Source: a bacterium (GTDB lineage: Bacteria > UBA8248). Taken from it: a stretch of 64,000 nt of DNA. Shown here in pieces: positions 1-9,936 of the stretch. A program made the translations under genes and the position numbers. The notes beneath the pieces are model-generated. The model was given only the letters and a program-made list of their open reading frames with translations, did no database searches and was not told where the DNA came from. Numbering within the stretch: position 1 is the first letter of the stretch; each line of letters begins with the position of its first letter. The stretch is taken from assembly GCA_965213685.1 (NCBI GenBank), contig CBDBZY010000044.1:64001-128000 (forward strand), given 5' to 3'.

Positions 1-581
1 CTCACGGCCAGGGGACGCAAAAAGGCTTCCTCGCCGCCCGGGTACACGTGCAGGATGCCGGCGGGCTTCGAGAGTGCGGACGCGATTTTGGACACCAGGC
101 GGCTGGACGCCATGCCGATGGACGCCGAGCATCTGGTCTCCCGCCGCACCCTTTCCCGGATTCGCGCCGCCGTCTCCAGCGGGGGGCCGTGGAGGCGCTC
201 GGTTCCGCTCAGGTCCAGGTAGGCCTCATCCACGGAGACGGCCTGGAGCGCGGGCGTGAAATCCTTCAGTATCCCCATCACCCGCTTCGAGGCGTCGCGA
301 TACTTAGAATGATTCGCCTGTATGTAGACGGCGTGGGGGCATAGCGACCTCGCCCGGGCCATGGGCATGGCCGAGTGCACGCCGAACGCTCTCGCCTCGT
401 AGGAGGCCGCGGACACCACGCCGCGCGCACCCACGCTGCCGCCCACGATCACCGGCTGATTCTCCAGCGAAGGGTCTCCCATGCGTTCCACGGACACAAA
501 AAAGGCGTCCATGTCCACATGGGCGATGAGGCGGTTGTCCGCGCGCGCCTCGCGCGTCTCCTCACCCGGTCGCCCCTGCAT
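1..581 (-). CDS. dinB: DNA polymerase IV (Y-family); 3' part runs off the window
   Basis: Manual minus-strand translation from ATG 581: MQGRPGEETREARADNRLIAHVDMDAFFVSVER (DinB signature HVDMDAFF); directly downstream of lexA; not in the ORF track. Confidence 0.93.
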   Translation of the reverse strand, partial: MQGRPGEETREARADNRLIAHVDMDAFFVSVERMGDPSLENQPVIVGGSVGARGVVSAASYEARAFGVHSAMPMARARSLCPHAVYIQANHSKYRDASKRVMGILKDFTPALQAVSVDEAYLDLSGTERLHGPPLETAARIRERVRRETRCSASIGMASSRLVSKIASALSKPAGILHVYPGGEEAFLRPLAV

Positions 582-617
582 CTGTCCATCCCTCTTGTGT
601 TCCGGCGGGCGACGGCG

Positions 618-1235
618 TCAATACTTTCTGAGCACGCCGAGGACGACGCCCTGTATCCGTAGATCCTCCTCCCGCACCATGATGGGCGCCATCGCCGCGT
701 TGGCGGGCTGCAGCCGGATTTGCGCGCCCTCGCGATAGAACCGCTTCAGGGTGGCGGATTCTCCCTCTATGAGCGCCACCACGGTCTCGCCGTTGAGGGC
801 GCTCTGCCGGCTCTCCACGATGACGTAGTCTCCGTCCTGGATGTGATCCTCGATCATCGAGTCGCCCCTCACCTGCAAGACGTAGAGGTTGCTGTCTCCG
901 GAGGCCCAGGGAAGCGGTATGGTCTCCGTGTCCTCTATCGCCTCGAGCGGCAGGCCCGCCGCAATCACGCCGCGCAGGGGAAGTTCCGCTGTCGCTTGCC
1001 CGGCGGCCGGGCCGATGGTATCCGATCCGGGAACGATCTCTATGGCCCGGCTCCTGTTCCAACTCCTTTTGATGAGGCCTTTTTGCGCGATGTTTTGCAG
1101 GTGCTTGTGCACGGTGGCGGGTGAGGTGAGGCGAAAATGTTTTCCGATCTCCGTGATCGACGGCGCGTAGCCGTTCGCGTCGATGAACTTCTTGATGTAT
1201 TCATAGATTTCTCGCTGCCTGCGCGTCAGGAACAT
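618..1235 (-). CDS. lexA: SOS repressor LexA
   Basis: MFLTRRQREI winged helix, IAAG cleavage site, VRGDSM (Ser) and ATLKR (Lys) catalytic motifs; AGGAGG RBS before ATG 1235. Confidence 0.97.
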   Translation of the reverse strand: MFLTRRQREIYEYIKKFIDANGYAPSITEIGKHFRLTSPATVHKHLQNIAQKGLIKRSWNRSRAIEIVPGSDTIGPAAGQATAELPLRGVIAAGLPLEAIEDTETIPLPWASGDSNLYVLQVRGDSMIEDHIQDGDYVIVESRQSALNGETVVALIEGESATLKRFYREGAQIRLQPANAAMAPIMVREEDLRIQGVVLGVLRKY

Positions 1236-1469
1236 GAAAGACCTCCTTTTCCCGAATCGTTGGGCGGAGCCGGGAGAGCGTGTCGAACCTGCGGGCGGAG
1301 CCGGACGACGCCTCCGGTGGCCGTTCCGGGAGCGAAGACCGGGCGGCCGGCGAGAGGGACGCCCTCGGTACTCCCTGCGGCGACGCTTTCCGCCCGGGAC
1401 TGGCGAACTTCCCCGTTTTGGTGCAGGATGCGGGCAGTCACGGCGAATGGCCTCCACAAGCATATGTTT

Positions 1470-1520
1470 TGCGAACATAGTACGTTATTAATACAAACAA
1501 ATTACAAACAGATTTGCAAG
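1470..1520 (-). promoter_or_regulatory. AT-rich lexA promoter region with candidate LexA operator
   Basis: Perfect 8-bp direct repeat TACAAACA at 1492-1499 and 1503-1510 (11-bp period), with GAAC at 1473 in the same phase, in an AT-rich patch. Confidence 0.55.
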
Positions 1521-1673
1521 CCCCTCGTTTGCGTTTTTGCTTCTTCCGGGGTTTCCGAAGGGGCCATTCGGAGGAACTCTTGGGCGGGGGAGAGGGATAA
1601 GTCCATCGATTCTGTGGCGGGCGGCCTGTCCGGAAGAACGGGGGGCCCGCTTCCATTTGCGGGAGGCGTGAGG

Positions 1674-2396
1674 ATGGCGTGCGTCCGGTATGAAAAACGA
1701 AACGCCCTTGGCCGCGTCACGCTGGCGCGCGCACCACAGGCGAATCGCCTGACGTTCGGGATGATGGGAGAACTCACCGAGGCGCTCCTCCGGGCGGGCG
1801 AGGAGTGCGACGTCATCCTGCTCGACGGCGAGGGGGAGGATTTTTGCGCCGGAAGGGAGAGCGTTCGCGGCGGTGCCCAGCTGCCGCCGGTGAGCCGGAT
1901 ACGGGAGCGCTTCCGGGAGATCGTCCGGATGAACGACGCCCTGGAGTTTTCTCCCGCCGTGACGGTGGCGGCCCTCCGGGGCCGCGCCCATGGCCCGGGA
2001 GCCGGCCTGATCAGCCGCGCGGACATCGTGCTGGCTTCAGACACCGCGCGCATCGCCTTTCCCGAGATACGGGAGGGCTTTCCGCCCACGGTGGTCATCA
2101 GCCATCTGGCGAGAAAGCTGCATCGGCGTCACGGCTTCGAGATGGTCATCACCGGTCGGGAGGTCGACGCGGAGGAGGGCAGGCGCATCGGCATGGTGAA
2201 TCGCGTGGTTTCCGACGCCGCGCTGGATTCCGAGGCGCAGCGCCTGTGCGCGGACCTGGCGGGGCTGGGCGGCGATTGTCTCAGACCGACCAAGGCGTTT
2301 TATCGCTTCGCGGAAACCGCCCGCCCGGAGGCGAACGCGGACCACGCGGTGAACCTGATAGCCAACGCCATCCACTCGAAGGGAGACGTGGGCTAG
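1674..2396 (+). CDS. Enoyl-CoA hydratase/isomerase family protein
   Basis: FCAG, G.G.GL...ADIVLAS, FPE...G, ITGREVDAEE crotonase motifs; GGAGG upstream. Confidence 0.9.
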   Translation: MACVRYEKRNALGRVTLARAPQANRLTFGMMGELTEALLRAGEECDVILLDGEGEDFCAGRESVRGGAQLPPVSRIRERFREIVRMNDALEFSPAVTVAALRGRAHGPGAGLISRADIVLASDTARIAFPEIREGFPPTVVISHLARKLHRRHGFEMVITGREVDAEEGRRIGMVNRVVSDAALDSEAQRLCADLAGLGGDCLRPTKAFYRFAETARPEANADHAVNLIANAIHSKGDVG

Positions 2397-2513
2397 CGCG
2401 GAGGTCTTTGACGAACCATCCGGGGGAAGCCTGATCTGCGTCGTCGGGAATCGTCGAGCGGGACGCGAGACGCGAGAGGACGCGCCCGCCCTGTTGTGCA
2501 AGGAGAAGAACGG

Positions 2514-4178
2514 ATGCCAACCATGACGGCTGGACACGCGGTGGCGGATGCGCTGGCGAAACTGGGGGTGCGGCACGTTATCGGCATGGCGGGCTCATGC
2601 ATGATCGAGATACTCGACGGCATGTATGGCCGCGATGATATCTCTTTCCTGACGGTGCGTCACGAGCAGAGCGCCGCCCTGATGGCGGACGCCTTCGCGC
2701 GCCTCACGGGGGAGGTGGGCGTGTGCATGGCCACGAACGGGCCTGGCGCCACGAACCTCGTCACCGGCGTGGCGCACGCCATGATGGCGCAAAGCCCGGT
2801 GCTGGTCATCACCGGCGCCCCCATGATGAAGGACACGTTTCGGGACTCCACCCAGGAGCTCGACCAGATCGCCATGTTCCGCCCGATGGTGAAATGGTCG
2901 GTCCAGCTGAGAACGCCCGCGCGCGCGGCCGACGTGATTCGGGAAGCCTGCCACGCCGCCACCTCGGGGGTGCCGGGCCCCGTCCATGTCGACTTGCCGC
3001 GCGACGTGATGAACGAGAGCGCGGATTATCCGGAGGGGAACGGCTTGGCTCCCGTGAGCCGGGCGCGGCTCGCTCCGGATTCCGGGGCGGTCGCACAGGC
3101 GGCGGCGCTCCTGCGGTCCGCCGAGCGGCCCTTGCTCCTGGGCGGCGGAGGCGTTCTCTGGGACGGGGCGAGCGATGACTTGGTCGCGCTGGCCGAGGCG
3201 CTGGACGCCCCCATCATGGCGTCCACCGGAAGGGACGACCTCGCGCCGAACCAGCACCCCCTGTTTCTGGGTTCGGTTGGCCGCGGAACGCTGCCCGAGG
3301 CGAGAGACCTCTTTGAGAGGGCGGACGTCGTCTTCGCCGTCGGCACGAGGCTGGCGCATTCCACCACGTTTTTGCGGCCGGATTTTTTCCGGGAGGCGAA
3401 GCTCGTCCACGCGGCCGTGGACCCCAGAAACATCGGCAGAAATTTCCCGGTCGAGGTGGGGATGAACGCGGAGGCGGGACTCGCCATCCGGGCGGTGCTC
3501 GCGGGGCTGGGCGAGAAGGCGGCGCGCCCCGCGTGGCGCCGGGAGGCCGAGGCGGTTCGCGCCGCCCAGAGAAGGCATCGGGAACGGGCGCTGGAGTATG
3601 GCGGAAAGCCGATTGACCCCAGGCGCGCGCAGATGGCGCTCGCCAGGGTCTTGCCCAGGAACACCATCATCACGAACGACGCGGGTAGTGCTGCGGGCTA
3701 CGTGTATGAGTATCAAAGATTCGATCAGGCCCGGAGCCTCCTGGCCCCGCAGGACCTGGCGGCCATCGGGATCGGCTACCCCCTGGGGCTTGGGGCCAAG
3801 CTCGCGCGCCCGAAGCAAAAGGTCGTCACCATCAGCGGCGATGGCGCGTTTTTGTGCAACGGGGCCGAGCTGGAGACCGCGATGCGGGAGAACCTGCCCA
3901 CGGTCTGCGTGATTCTGAACAACTTCAACCTGGGGTCGGAGCGCGCCTACCAGAAACATTTCTATGATGGCCGCTACATCGCGGACGCCATCGGCAATCC
4001 GCGGTTCGACGAATACGCCCGCGTCTTCGGCGCCGCGGGCTATCGGGTGGAGGACCCCGAAGACCTGGAGGACGTCTACGCGCAGGCGCTTCGGGAGGAG
4101 CGCCCCGCCGTCGTCGACGTTCTGATCGATCAGGACGTCTTCCCGGAGCCGCGGCGCAAGGACGCGGTGAAAACGTGA
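2514..4178 (+). CDS. Thiamine-pyrophosphate-binding enzyme (acetolactate synthase/sulfoacetaldehyde acetyltransferase-like)
   Basis: VRHEQSAALMAD, TNGPGATN, GDGAF...NN TPP-binding motif. Confidence 0.9.
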   Translation: MPTMTAGHAVADALAKLGVRHVIGMAGSCMIEILDGMYGRDDISFLTVRHEQSAALMADAFARLTGEVGVCMATNGPGATNLVTGVAHAMMAQSPVLVITGAPMMKDTFRDSTQELDQIAMFRPMVKWSVQLRTPARAADVIREACHAATSGVPGPVHVDLPRDVMNESADYPEGNGLAPVSRARLAPDSGAVAQAAALLRSAERPLLLGGGGVLWDGASDDLVALAEALDAPIMASTGRDDLAPNQHPLFLGSVGRGTLPEARDLFERADVVFAVGTRLAHSTTFLRPDFFREAKLVHAAVDPRNIGRNFPVEVGMNAEAGLAIRAVLAGLGEKAARPAWRREAEAVRAAQRRHRERALEYGGKPIDPRRAQMALARVLPRNTIITNDAGSAAGYVYEYQRFDQARSLLAPQDLAAIGIGYPLGLGAKLARPKQKVVTISGDGAFLCNGAELETAMRENLPTVCVILNNFNLGSERAYQKHFYDGRYIADAIGNPRFDEYARVFGAAGYRVEDPEDLEDVYAQALREERPAVVDVLIDQDVFPEPRRKDAVKT

Positions 4179-4194
4179 ACCGGCGAAACGGGGG

Positions 4195-5388
4195 CTAGCG
4201 GTCCTCCCCGGGCAGCCGCGCCACGGAGCCGTAGCATGCGCAGCCCAGCACCGCCGCCGCGAGGGCGAGCCAGCCGAGTGCGTCGAAATCGCCCCAGCGT
4301 ATGGCGAAACCGCCCAGGGCGGCCCCCAGGAACAGGCCGACCTGGTTGCTCGTCGCATAGGCGCCGATGATGGCGCCGCGCGCCTGCGGTGCGAGCGATA
4401 TGAGATCGTCCATGACGGCCACGCGGCTGAGCTGGCTCAAGAGCGAGAACGCGAAGCCCGCCGCGATGGCGACGGGAAGCCAGGCCGCCCAGGAGAAGTG
4501 CGCCGCCAGAAGCCCCGCCTGTAGTAGCGCCAACCCGGCGATGACGAGGAAGCGCGGCCCGACGCCCGCGAGCGCGCCCCCGAGAAGACCGCCGATGAGG
4601 GCGCCCACCGACATGGTCGTGAGCAGGCTGCCCGCCGAGGAGAGGGAGACGCCGAAGCGGCGCAGCAGGAAGACGGATACATACGTGAGAAAGGCGGAGG
4701 TCATGAGCCGCTCGATGACGTTGCCGCTCATCAAGAGCCACGCGACGCGCTGGCGCATCCATGCGAAGCTGGCGAGATAGGAGACCGGCGGCCCGGCGCG
4801 CCTTCGCGAGGGCAACGCCCGCATCGTGTAGAGGCAGAGCAGCAGGCCGAACGCGCCCGCTATGCGCAGTCCGCTGCGCCATCCCCAAAGGTCTGTCAGG
4901 AAAGCCACGCCCGGGATTCCGATGAGCAGGCTCGCCGCCACGCCGGAGGTCGCGAGCCCCAGCGCGAGCCCCCGGCGTCGGCCCGTGAAATGATCTCCGA
5001 TGGCGGCCACCGCCGAGGGCGGCACCAGGGCGCCGCTGCAGCCTGTGGCGAAGCGGCAGACGGCCACCGTGAGGTAGTCGTCCGCGAACGACGTGGCGAT
5101 GTTGGACAGGGAGAGGCCCAGCACCCCGATGAGGATGATCGCCTTGCGGCCGTAGCGATCCGACACAGGCCCCAGCAGGGGCGCGCCCAGGCCCCAGGGA
5201 ATGAAGGCGACGGCCGCCAGCTGCCCCATGGAGGTGATGGAGAGGTTCATCTCCCGTCCCATGACGTCCAGCATGGGGCCCAGGATGAAAGCGGTGCCGT
5301 AGGCGGTGAATATGGTGAAAAAACACGCGAGGATGATCTGCCGCCCTCCCCGGAGGCCGGCGTCCTCCTTGCGGGGGGCGGAACGCAT
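4195..5388 (-). CDS. MFS transporter
   Basis: About 12 hydrophobic segments; GPVSDRYGRK motif A. Confidence 0.9.
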   Translation of the reverse strand: MRSAPRKEDAGLRGGRQIILACFFTIFTAYGTAFILGPMLDVMGREMNLSITSMGQLAAVAFIPWGLGAPLLGPVSDRYGRKAIILIGVLGLSLSNIATSFADDYLTVAVCRFATGCSGALVPPSAVAAIGDHFTGRRRGLALGLATSGVAASLLIGIPGVAFLTDLWGWRSGLRIAGAFGLLLCLYTMRALPSRRRAGPPVSYLASFAWMRQRVAWLLMSGNVIERLMTSAFLTYVSVFLLRRFGVSLSSAGSLLTTMSVGALIGGLLGGALAGVGPRFLVIAGLALLQAGLLAAHFSWAAWLPVAIAAGFAFSLLSQLSRVAVMDDLISLAPQARGAIIGAYATSNQVGLFLGAALGGFAIRWGDFDALGWLALAAAVLGCACYGSVARLPGEDR

Positions 5389-5616
5389 GCGCACCCCCCG
5401 GGAGGGGGACGCCCCGGATGGCTCACCCTGCATGCCAAGCCATCCCGCCGCTCCGGAAAGTGGGGCGCGCCGCTCCTGTGTCTGTCCGTTGAGGGGGGCG
5501 GCCTGGCGGTTTTTCCATGAACGCGGTTTTCCCTTCCCGTCTGGCGGAAGCGGTTCCCGATGGGCCGGGGGTGCCGATGGCGCGCATGGGTCGAGGCGTT
5601 GGCGGCGGCGGATTCG

Positions 5617-7206
5617 TCAGTTCACCCTGCGCGCCCTTCCCGCCCAGTGCTTTTCCCGAATCTCGCGCCGGAGGATTTTCCCCTGCGCATTTTTGGGAAT
5701 TTCTCGGAGGAATTCAATGTGCCTGGGCTTCTTGAAGCCGGCGATATGTTTTTGCGTGAAGTCGATGATCTCCGAAGGGGCGGGGGACTCCCCGGGGTGG
5801 AGGACGACCATGGCCTTGACGGCCTCGCCCCATCTGTCATCGGGCGTGCCTATCACGAGTGCCTCCGCGATGGCGGGATGCCGGCACAGCGCGCGCTCCA
5901 CCTCTGAGGGATATACGTTGAATCCGCCCGTGATGATCATCTCGCTTTTGCGATCCAGGATGTAGAGATACCCCTCTTCATCCGCGCGGGCGAGGTCTCC
6001 GGTGTGCACCCAGCCGCCTCGCATGGTCTGGGCCGTCGCTTCGGGGTTCTTCCAGTATCCGGCCATGGCGTAGTCTCCCCGGACGCAGATCTCTCCCGTC
6101 TCGCCTGCGGCGACGGGCCGATCCTCCTCGTCGAGGAGTTCGAGTTCGACGCCCGCGGCGGCCCGTCCGCACGATGCGAGGCGCCTGCGCTCCCGGGGCG
6201 TTCCGTCCACGACGTGATCCCACGGGTCGAGGATCGCGATGGGCTGGCGCGCCTCCGTCAGCCCGTAGGTTTGCCGGAAGACGGGGCCGATTCTCTCGAT
6301 GGCGCGCCGCAGGTTGTCCTCCGAGATGGGGGCGGCGCCGTAGGTGATCGTGTGCAGGCGCGAGGCGTCCGCACGTTCGATCCCCTCCCATTCGATGAGC
6401 CGCTGCACCATGGTGGAAACGAGATAGGTGGTCGTCGCCCCCTCCTGTTGTACCATCCCGAAGAACAGCCCCGGCTCGAACCTGGGCATGATGATGTTTC
6501 GCGCCCCCCGGAGGAAGGTGGTCTCGATGAAGTTGAAAGACGCATGGGTCATGGGGCCCGCGTGGAGCATGGAGTCGCGCGGGTTGAGCCGATAGTCGAG
6601 GTTTCGGAAGAATTTCGACAGCCATGCGCGGTGCGTCCGGTGCGTGTTGACGACCCCCTTGGGCTGGCCCGTCGTGCCGGACGTGTAGTGGAGGTGGAAC
6701 AGGGAGTCCGGCGCGAGAATCACCTCGGGGGATGCGGCGGCGCTTCTCCGGAGCCAGTCCTCATGGGCGGCGGCGCCCTCCTCCTCGCCCTCCCATCCGA
6801 CGGCAACGATGTGGCGCAGATGCGGACATTCCTTCCGGAGCTCCGCCGCGTATTCCCTGTGGCGCTCGTCCAGGAACAGGAACGCGGCCTCCGAGTGGTT
6901 CAGTATGTGGACGTGTTCCTCGAGAACGTTGCGTCCGTGCAGATTCAGGGAGGCGCCGCCGGCCATCGCGACGCCGAAGTTGATCTCGATGATCTCGGCG
7001 CGGTTTCCCATCAGCTTGGCGACGCGGTCGCCAGGTGCCAGGCGATGCGCGAGGAGCGCGTTCGCCACCCGCTTGCTTCTGTCGTAGACGTCGCGAAAAC
7101 GCAGACGGCGCGCGCCATCCACCACCGCCTCGCGCGGGCCGTATCTGGCGGCCGCCCAGGCGAGATTCGCCCCTGGATGGATGCTGGGTGTGTTCTCTGC
7201 CTTCAT
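5617..7206 (-). CDS. AMP-dependent acyl-CoA synthetase/ligase
   Basis: YTSGTTGQPKG, YGLTE, HTGDL, RKSEMIITGGFNVYP, PKNAQGK. Confidence 0.95.
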   Translation of the reverse strand: MKAENTPSIHPGANLAWAAARYGPREAVVDGARRLRFRDVYDRSKRVANALLAHRLAPGDRVAKLMGNRAEIIEINFGVAMAGGASLNLHGRNVLEEHVHILNHSEAAFLFLDERHREYAAELRKECPHLRHIVAVGWEGEEEGAAAHEDWLRRSAAASPEVILAPDSLFHLHYTSGTTGQPKGVVNTHRTHRAWLSKFFRNLDYRLNPRDSMLHAGPMTHASFNFIETTFLRGARNIIMPRFEPGLFFGMVQQEGATTTYLVSTMVQRLIEWEGIERADASRLHTITYGAAPISEDNLRRAIERIGPVFRQTYGLTEARQPIAILDPWDHVVDGTPRERRRLASCGRAAAGVELELLDEEDRPVAAGETGEICVRGDYAMAGYWKNPEATAQTMRGGWVHTGDLARADEEGYLYILDRKSEMIITGGFNVYPSEVERALCRHPAIAEALVIGTPDDRWGEAVKAMVVLHPGESPAPSEIIDFTQKHIAGFKKPRHIEFLREIPKNAQGKILRREIREKHWAGRARRVN

Positions 7207-7241
7207 GGAAAGGGGATGATACAGGTATCGCGGGACAAGTT

Positions 7242-7744
7242 CTATACGGGGGCCGGGTCCCTTGCGGCGGCGAGGGCGGCGAGAATCGGCCGGACGTCCG
7301 CGCAATCCTCCAGTGCGGACAAATCCCCGAAGGCGCGTTCGACGCACCCGGGCGCCAATCTCACGGCGGCTTCCTCGGCGCAGGAGAAGAATTTCTCCCT
7401 TCTCTCGGCTTCGCTCATGGGCCATTCGGGGGCGCCCTTGATGGCGTCGTGCGTGACGTCGGCTGCGCGCCCGTCCCTGAGGCGGACGGAAACGCGCACG
7501 GGCACGAGCAGCAGGCTGCCCCTCTCCCAGACGCGCACTTTCGTCTTGCGGGCGAGTGCTTGCGCCGCCACGTCCGAGACGATGGCGTCCGGCGCGAAAT
7601 GCGCGATGCGCGGCGCGCCCCGCAGGAGGGAAAACGCCGTCGTCCATTGCGCGCTGAATTGCGCGTCCACTTGCGGATTTTCCCTGAGCCGGAAGGGCTG
7701 CCCGATCATCGAATGGCCGATGGGCGTGGTCCACACCTCCACGC
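7242..7744 (-). pseudogene. MmgE/PrpD family protein, C-terminal remnant interrupted by a cassette
   Basis: DAQFSAQW, VSVRLRDG...IKGAPEWPMSEAERREKF typical of the PrpD C-terminal domain; homology-like sequence stops at the direct repeat at 7734-7744. Confidence 0.8.
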
Positions 7745-7912
7745 ACCGATGGTGCCCGCCAATGCTCAGACTCAATCTACCGATAGGCATAGACAACTCG
7801 TTTATTTTCAGTGCCTTATCAGTTTTCGTCTTCCTATCCCGACTCCTTCTCGCCACAAACCGGCTTAGCTTTCAGGACACGATATTGCCACGGCGGATCA
7901 AGTCGCGGCCCA

Positions 7913-8407
7913 TCAGATGCCCAATGTTTCGCGCAACACGCCGGGCAACCCTTCGATGTCTTCCATATCGGCCAACTTCTTCGTGATCTTGTAGGTGACG
8001 GCCTGACCTTCCGCCATCCTGACGAGCCTTCCGGCACGTTCCTCCGCAACGTCGCCCTTGCGCCACATGTTGAATACGATTCTCTGCGGACATATGCCGA
8101 GGCAAAGCAGGTAATCGTAACGGCGATCTAAGCGTACGTGATTGAACTGGAAAGTTCCATTTGAACCTAAAGACGCAGTTTTCACCTCGAAGCTACGCTT
8201 GGCGATTGTCATGTCTGTTGCAGATGTTCGCCCGCCGTTGGCAACTTCTATCCCGGCAGCACGTAGGTACCGGCGGATGAACTCCTCTCCGATCTCGCCC
8301 CTGTTTGTGTTGCCAAGCAAGCGGTAGCCCATGAGCGGCGAGTCTTGCCAGATGTCTTCGGGCGCGTGTTCCCTGATGACCTCCACCAGAAGTTCAACGG
8401 GATTCAT
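7913..8407 (-). CDS. Small PD-(D/E)XK nuclease, putative type II restriction endonuclease
   Basis: GEIGEEF...TDMTI...FEVKTAS catalytic pattern; ATGA overlap with the upstream methyltransferase. Confidence 0.7.
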   Translation of the reverse strand: MNPVELLVEVIREHAPEDIWQDSPLMGYRLLGNTNRGEIGEEFIRRYLRAAGIEVANGGRTSATDMTIAKRSFEVKTASLGSNGTFQFNHVRLDRRYDYLLCLGICPQRIVFNMWRKGDVAEERAGRLVRMAEGQAVTYKITKKLADMEDIEGLPGVLRETLGI

Positions 8408-9183
8408 TTCGGGGGTTCCCAACGCCGTTTCGTTCCATCCTGTTTCCAGAACACCAAAAAGTAGGAATGGTTCTTGCGCGCATGTACCTGCCGAACGGCG
8501 CGGCTCACACCTGGTCGATTGTTGCGCATCACGACAAATAGGTCTTCAGAGACAAAGCCGATCTTCTCGTATATCTGCATTATCTCTACGTGGGTAAACC
8601 GCTGACGGTTAGAGCATACTTCGTCTTGACACTTGACGATCAACACACCACGTTCCTTGAGAACCCGGTGCGCCTCGCGTCCACCGTCTCGGTACAAGTC
8701 CAAGACTGCCTCGTGATACTTGCTACTTGTTCGATTGCCAGTGCGGTTGTTCCGGTAGTGGTCTTCAAATGGAGTATGTACCTCATGGGCGGTTCCGCCC
8801 GGCGAATGCATGTAGGGTGGATCGAAGACGACGCAGTCGATCTCTCCGTCGTCGTATGGAAGTTTGCGACAGTCGATACCGTTTTGAATGTCGGTAGCCA
8901 ATAGCTTGTACTTGTCGCAAGGCACGCGCCGCCAAAAGACGCCTCTACCGAACGTTACGTCGGCGACCACACTTCCCGGCCCTATGTAAAGATCGAGGAT
9001 GCGCGGAAACACGCGGTCGTTGCCATCCGTGCTTGCACTGAACACAAGATCGTTGGTGGCTTCGCCGTTTTGCACCCGACGTTTTTCCGAGTCCGTAAGG
9101 TCGGGATAGAGTGCCGTGGTCCCTTCCTGCATCACTTCGGAGTTTTCCGATGGCGCTTGGGTATCATCACTTGACACTATCAT
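8404..9183 (-). CDS. Amino-group (m6A/m4C) DNA methyltransferase
   Basis: Motif I-like VADVTFGRG followed by motif IV VFDPPY; RVLKERGVLIVK. Confidence 0.85.
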   Translation of the reverse strand: MIVSSDDTQAPSENSEVMQEGTTALYPDLTDSEKRRVQNGEATNDLVFSASTDGNDRVFPRILDLYIGPGSVVADVTFGRGVFWRRVPCDKYKLLATDIQNGIDCRKLPYDDGEIDCVVFDPPYMHSPGGTAHEVHTPFEDHYRNNRTGNRTSSKYHEAVLDLYRDGGREAHRVLKERGVLIVKCQDEVCSNRQRFTHVEIMQIYEKIGFVSEDLFVVMRNNRPGVSRAVRQVHARKNHSYFLVFWKQDGTKRRWEPPK

Positions 9184-9212
9184 AGCTGTTCCAACCCATG
9201 CAGCTTTTGGTC

Positions 9213-9285
9213 CACCTCCACGCTTTCGACCTCCTCCGCTCCGAACGCGCCGAGCCGCTCGCGCGCCTCCAGGGCGGCGAACCGC
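9213..9285 (-). pseudogene. Short upstream piece of the same MmgE/PrpD remnant
   Basis: Translates FAALEARERLGAFGAEEVESVEV and continues in frame into WTTPIG at 7733 when the cassette is removed. Confidence 0.65.
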
Positions 9286-9299
9286 CCGGCCTCTATTCG

Positions 9300-9653
9300 C
9301 TATTCGCGCCCCGGCTGGAAGATGGCCACGAGCATCACGTCTTCCGTGCCCACGCAGTTGTTGCAATGACGCGTGCCCCTGGGCATGAAGATGAACTGCC
9401 CGGGGCCGTAGTGAATCTCGCCGTCGTCGAGGTCGTACCTTCCCGTCCCGCTCACGCAGAATATGACCTCATCCTCCTCGTGGTGATGCCAGTCATGGGT
9501 TTGTCCAGGCTGTATCCGCGAGTAATAGACGGTAAGGTCCACCGCGTCTTGTGCCTTGGATACGATGGCCCTGTGGCTCGCGCCGCCGGCCATCCCCTCG
9601 GACGCGCGCTCCTCGGGCCGGATGAGCCGCGCCTTTCTTGCTGTGGTCGTCAT
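9300..9653 (-). CDS. Cupin domain protein
   Basis: PGQTHDWHHHEEDEVIF...GQFIFMPRGTRHC cupin motifs; GAGGAG RBS. Confidence 0.9.
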   Translation of the reverse strand: MTTTARKARLIRPEERASEGMAGGASHRAIVSKAQDAVDLTVYYSRIQPGQTHDWHHHEEDEVIFCVSGTGRYDLDDGEIHYGPGQFIFMPRGTRHCNNCVGTEDVMLVAIFQPGRE

Positions 9654-9936
9654 GAAAGCGTCTCCTCGGGGGGTGCCGCAACGCCCGTTTCCCGGCGGTG
9701 CGCCTGGTGCGCCCGCCTCAGGATGAAGGTTTCCGTATCGGCCCCCAAGGATAGTCCGGCTCTCCGAAATGTCAAACGCCTGGCGGGCGCGCCTGCCCGC
9801 CGCGCTTTCCGCGTGGATGGAAGCGGGAGGGTTGCGTCTTTCGCAGGATGTGCGATGAATGCTATCCTCCGGTGGACGGAAGATGGCGCGAGCGCGATTC
9901 TCCGTCGACTCACGGGCGGATGTGGGAGGTGGCGTG

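Larger units (their letters stand above)
7734..9223. mobile_element. Inserted lower-GC restriction-modification-like cassette bounded by 11-bp direct repeats
   Basis: CACCTCCACGC at 7734-7744 and 9213-9223; the interior is visibly less GC-rich; collapsing the repeats rejoins the PrpD frame. Confidence 0.75.

Noticed and set aside
7745-7912. Integron attC site or tRNA-derived att site at the cassette end (AT-rich stretch, ...CTTCTCGCCA)
   Set aside because: No RYYYAAC/GTTRRRY inverted core and only vague tRNA 3'-end similarity; cannot be supported by eye
9222-9240. 16/18 similarity between sequence beside the R-M cassette junction (minus strand) and the 60146-60164 repeat
   Set aside because: The stretch encodes common A-E-E-V-E codons in GC-rich DNA; a chance match is plausible without statistics
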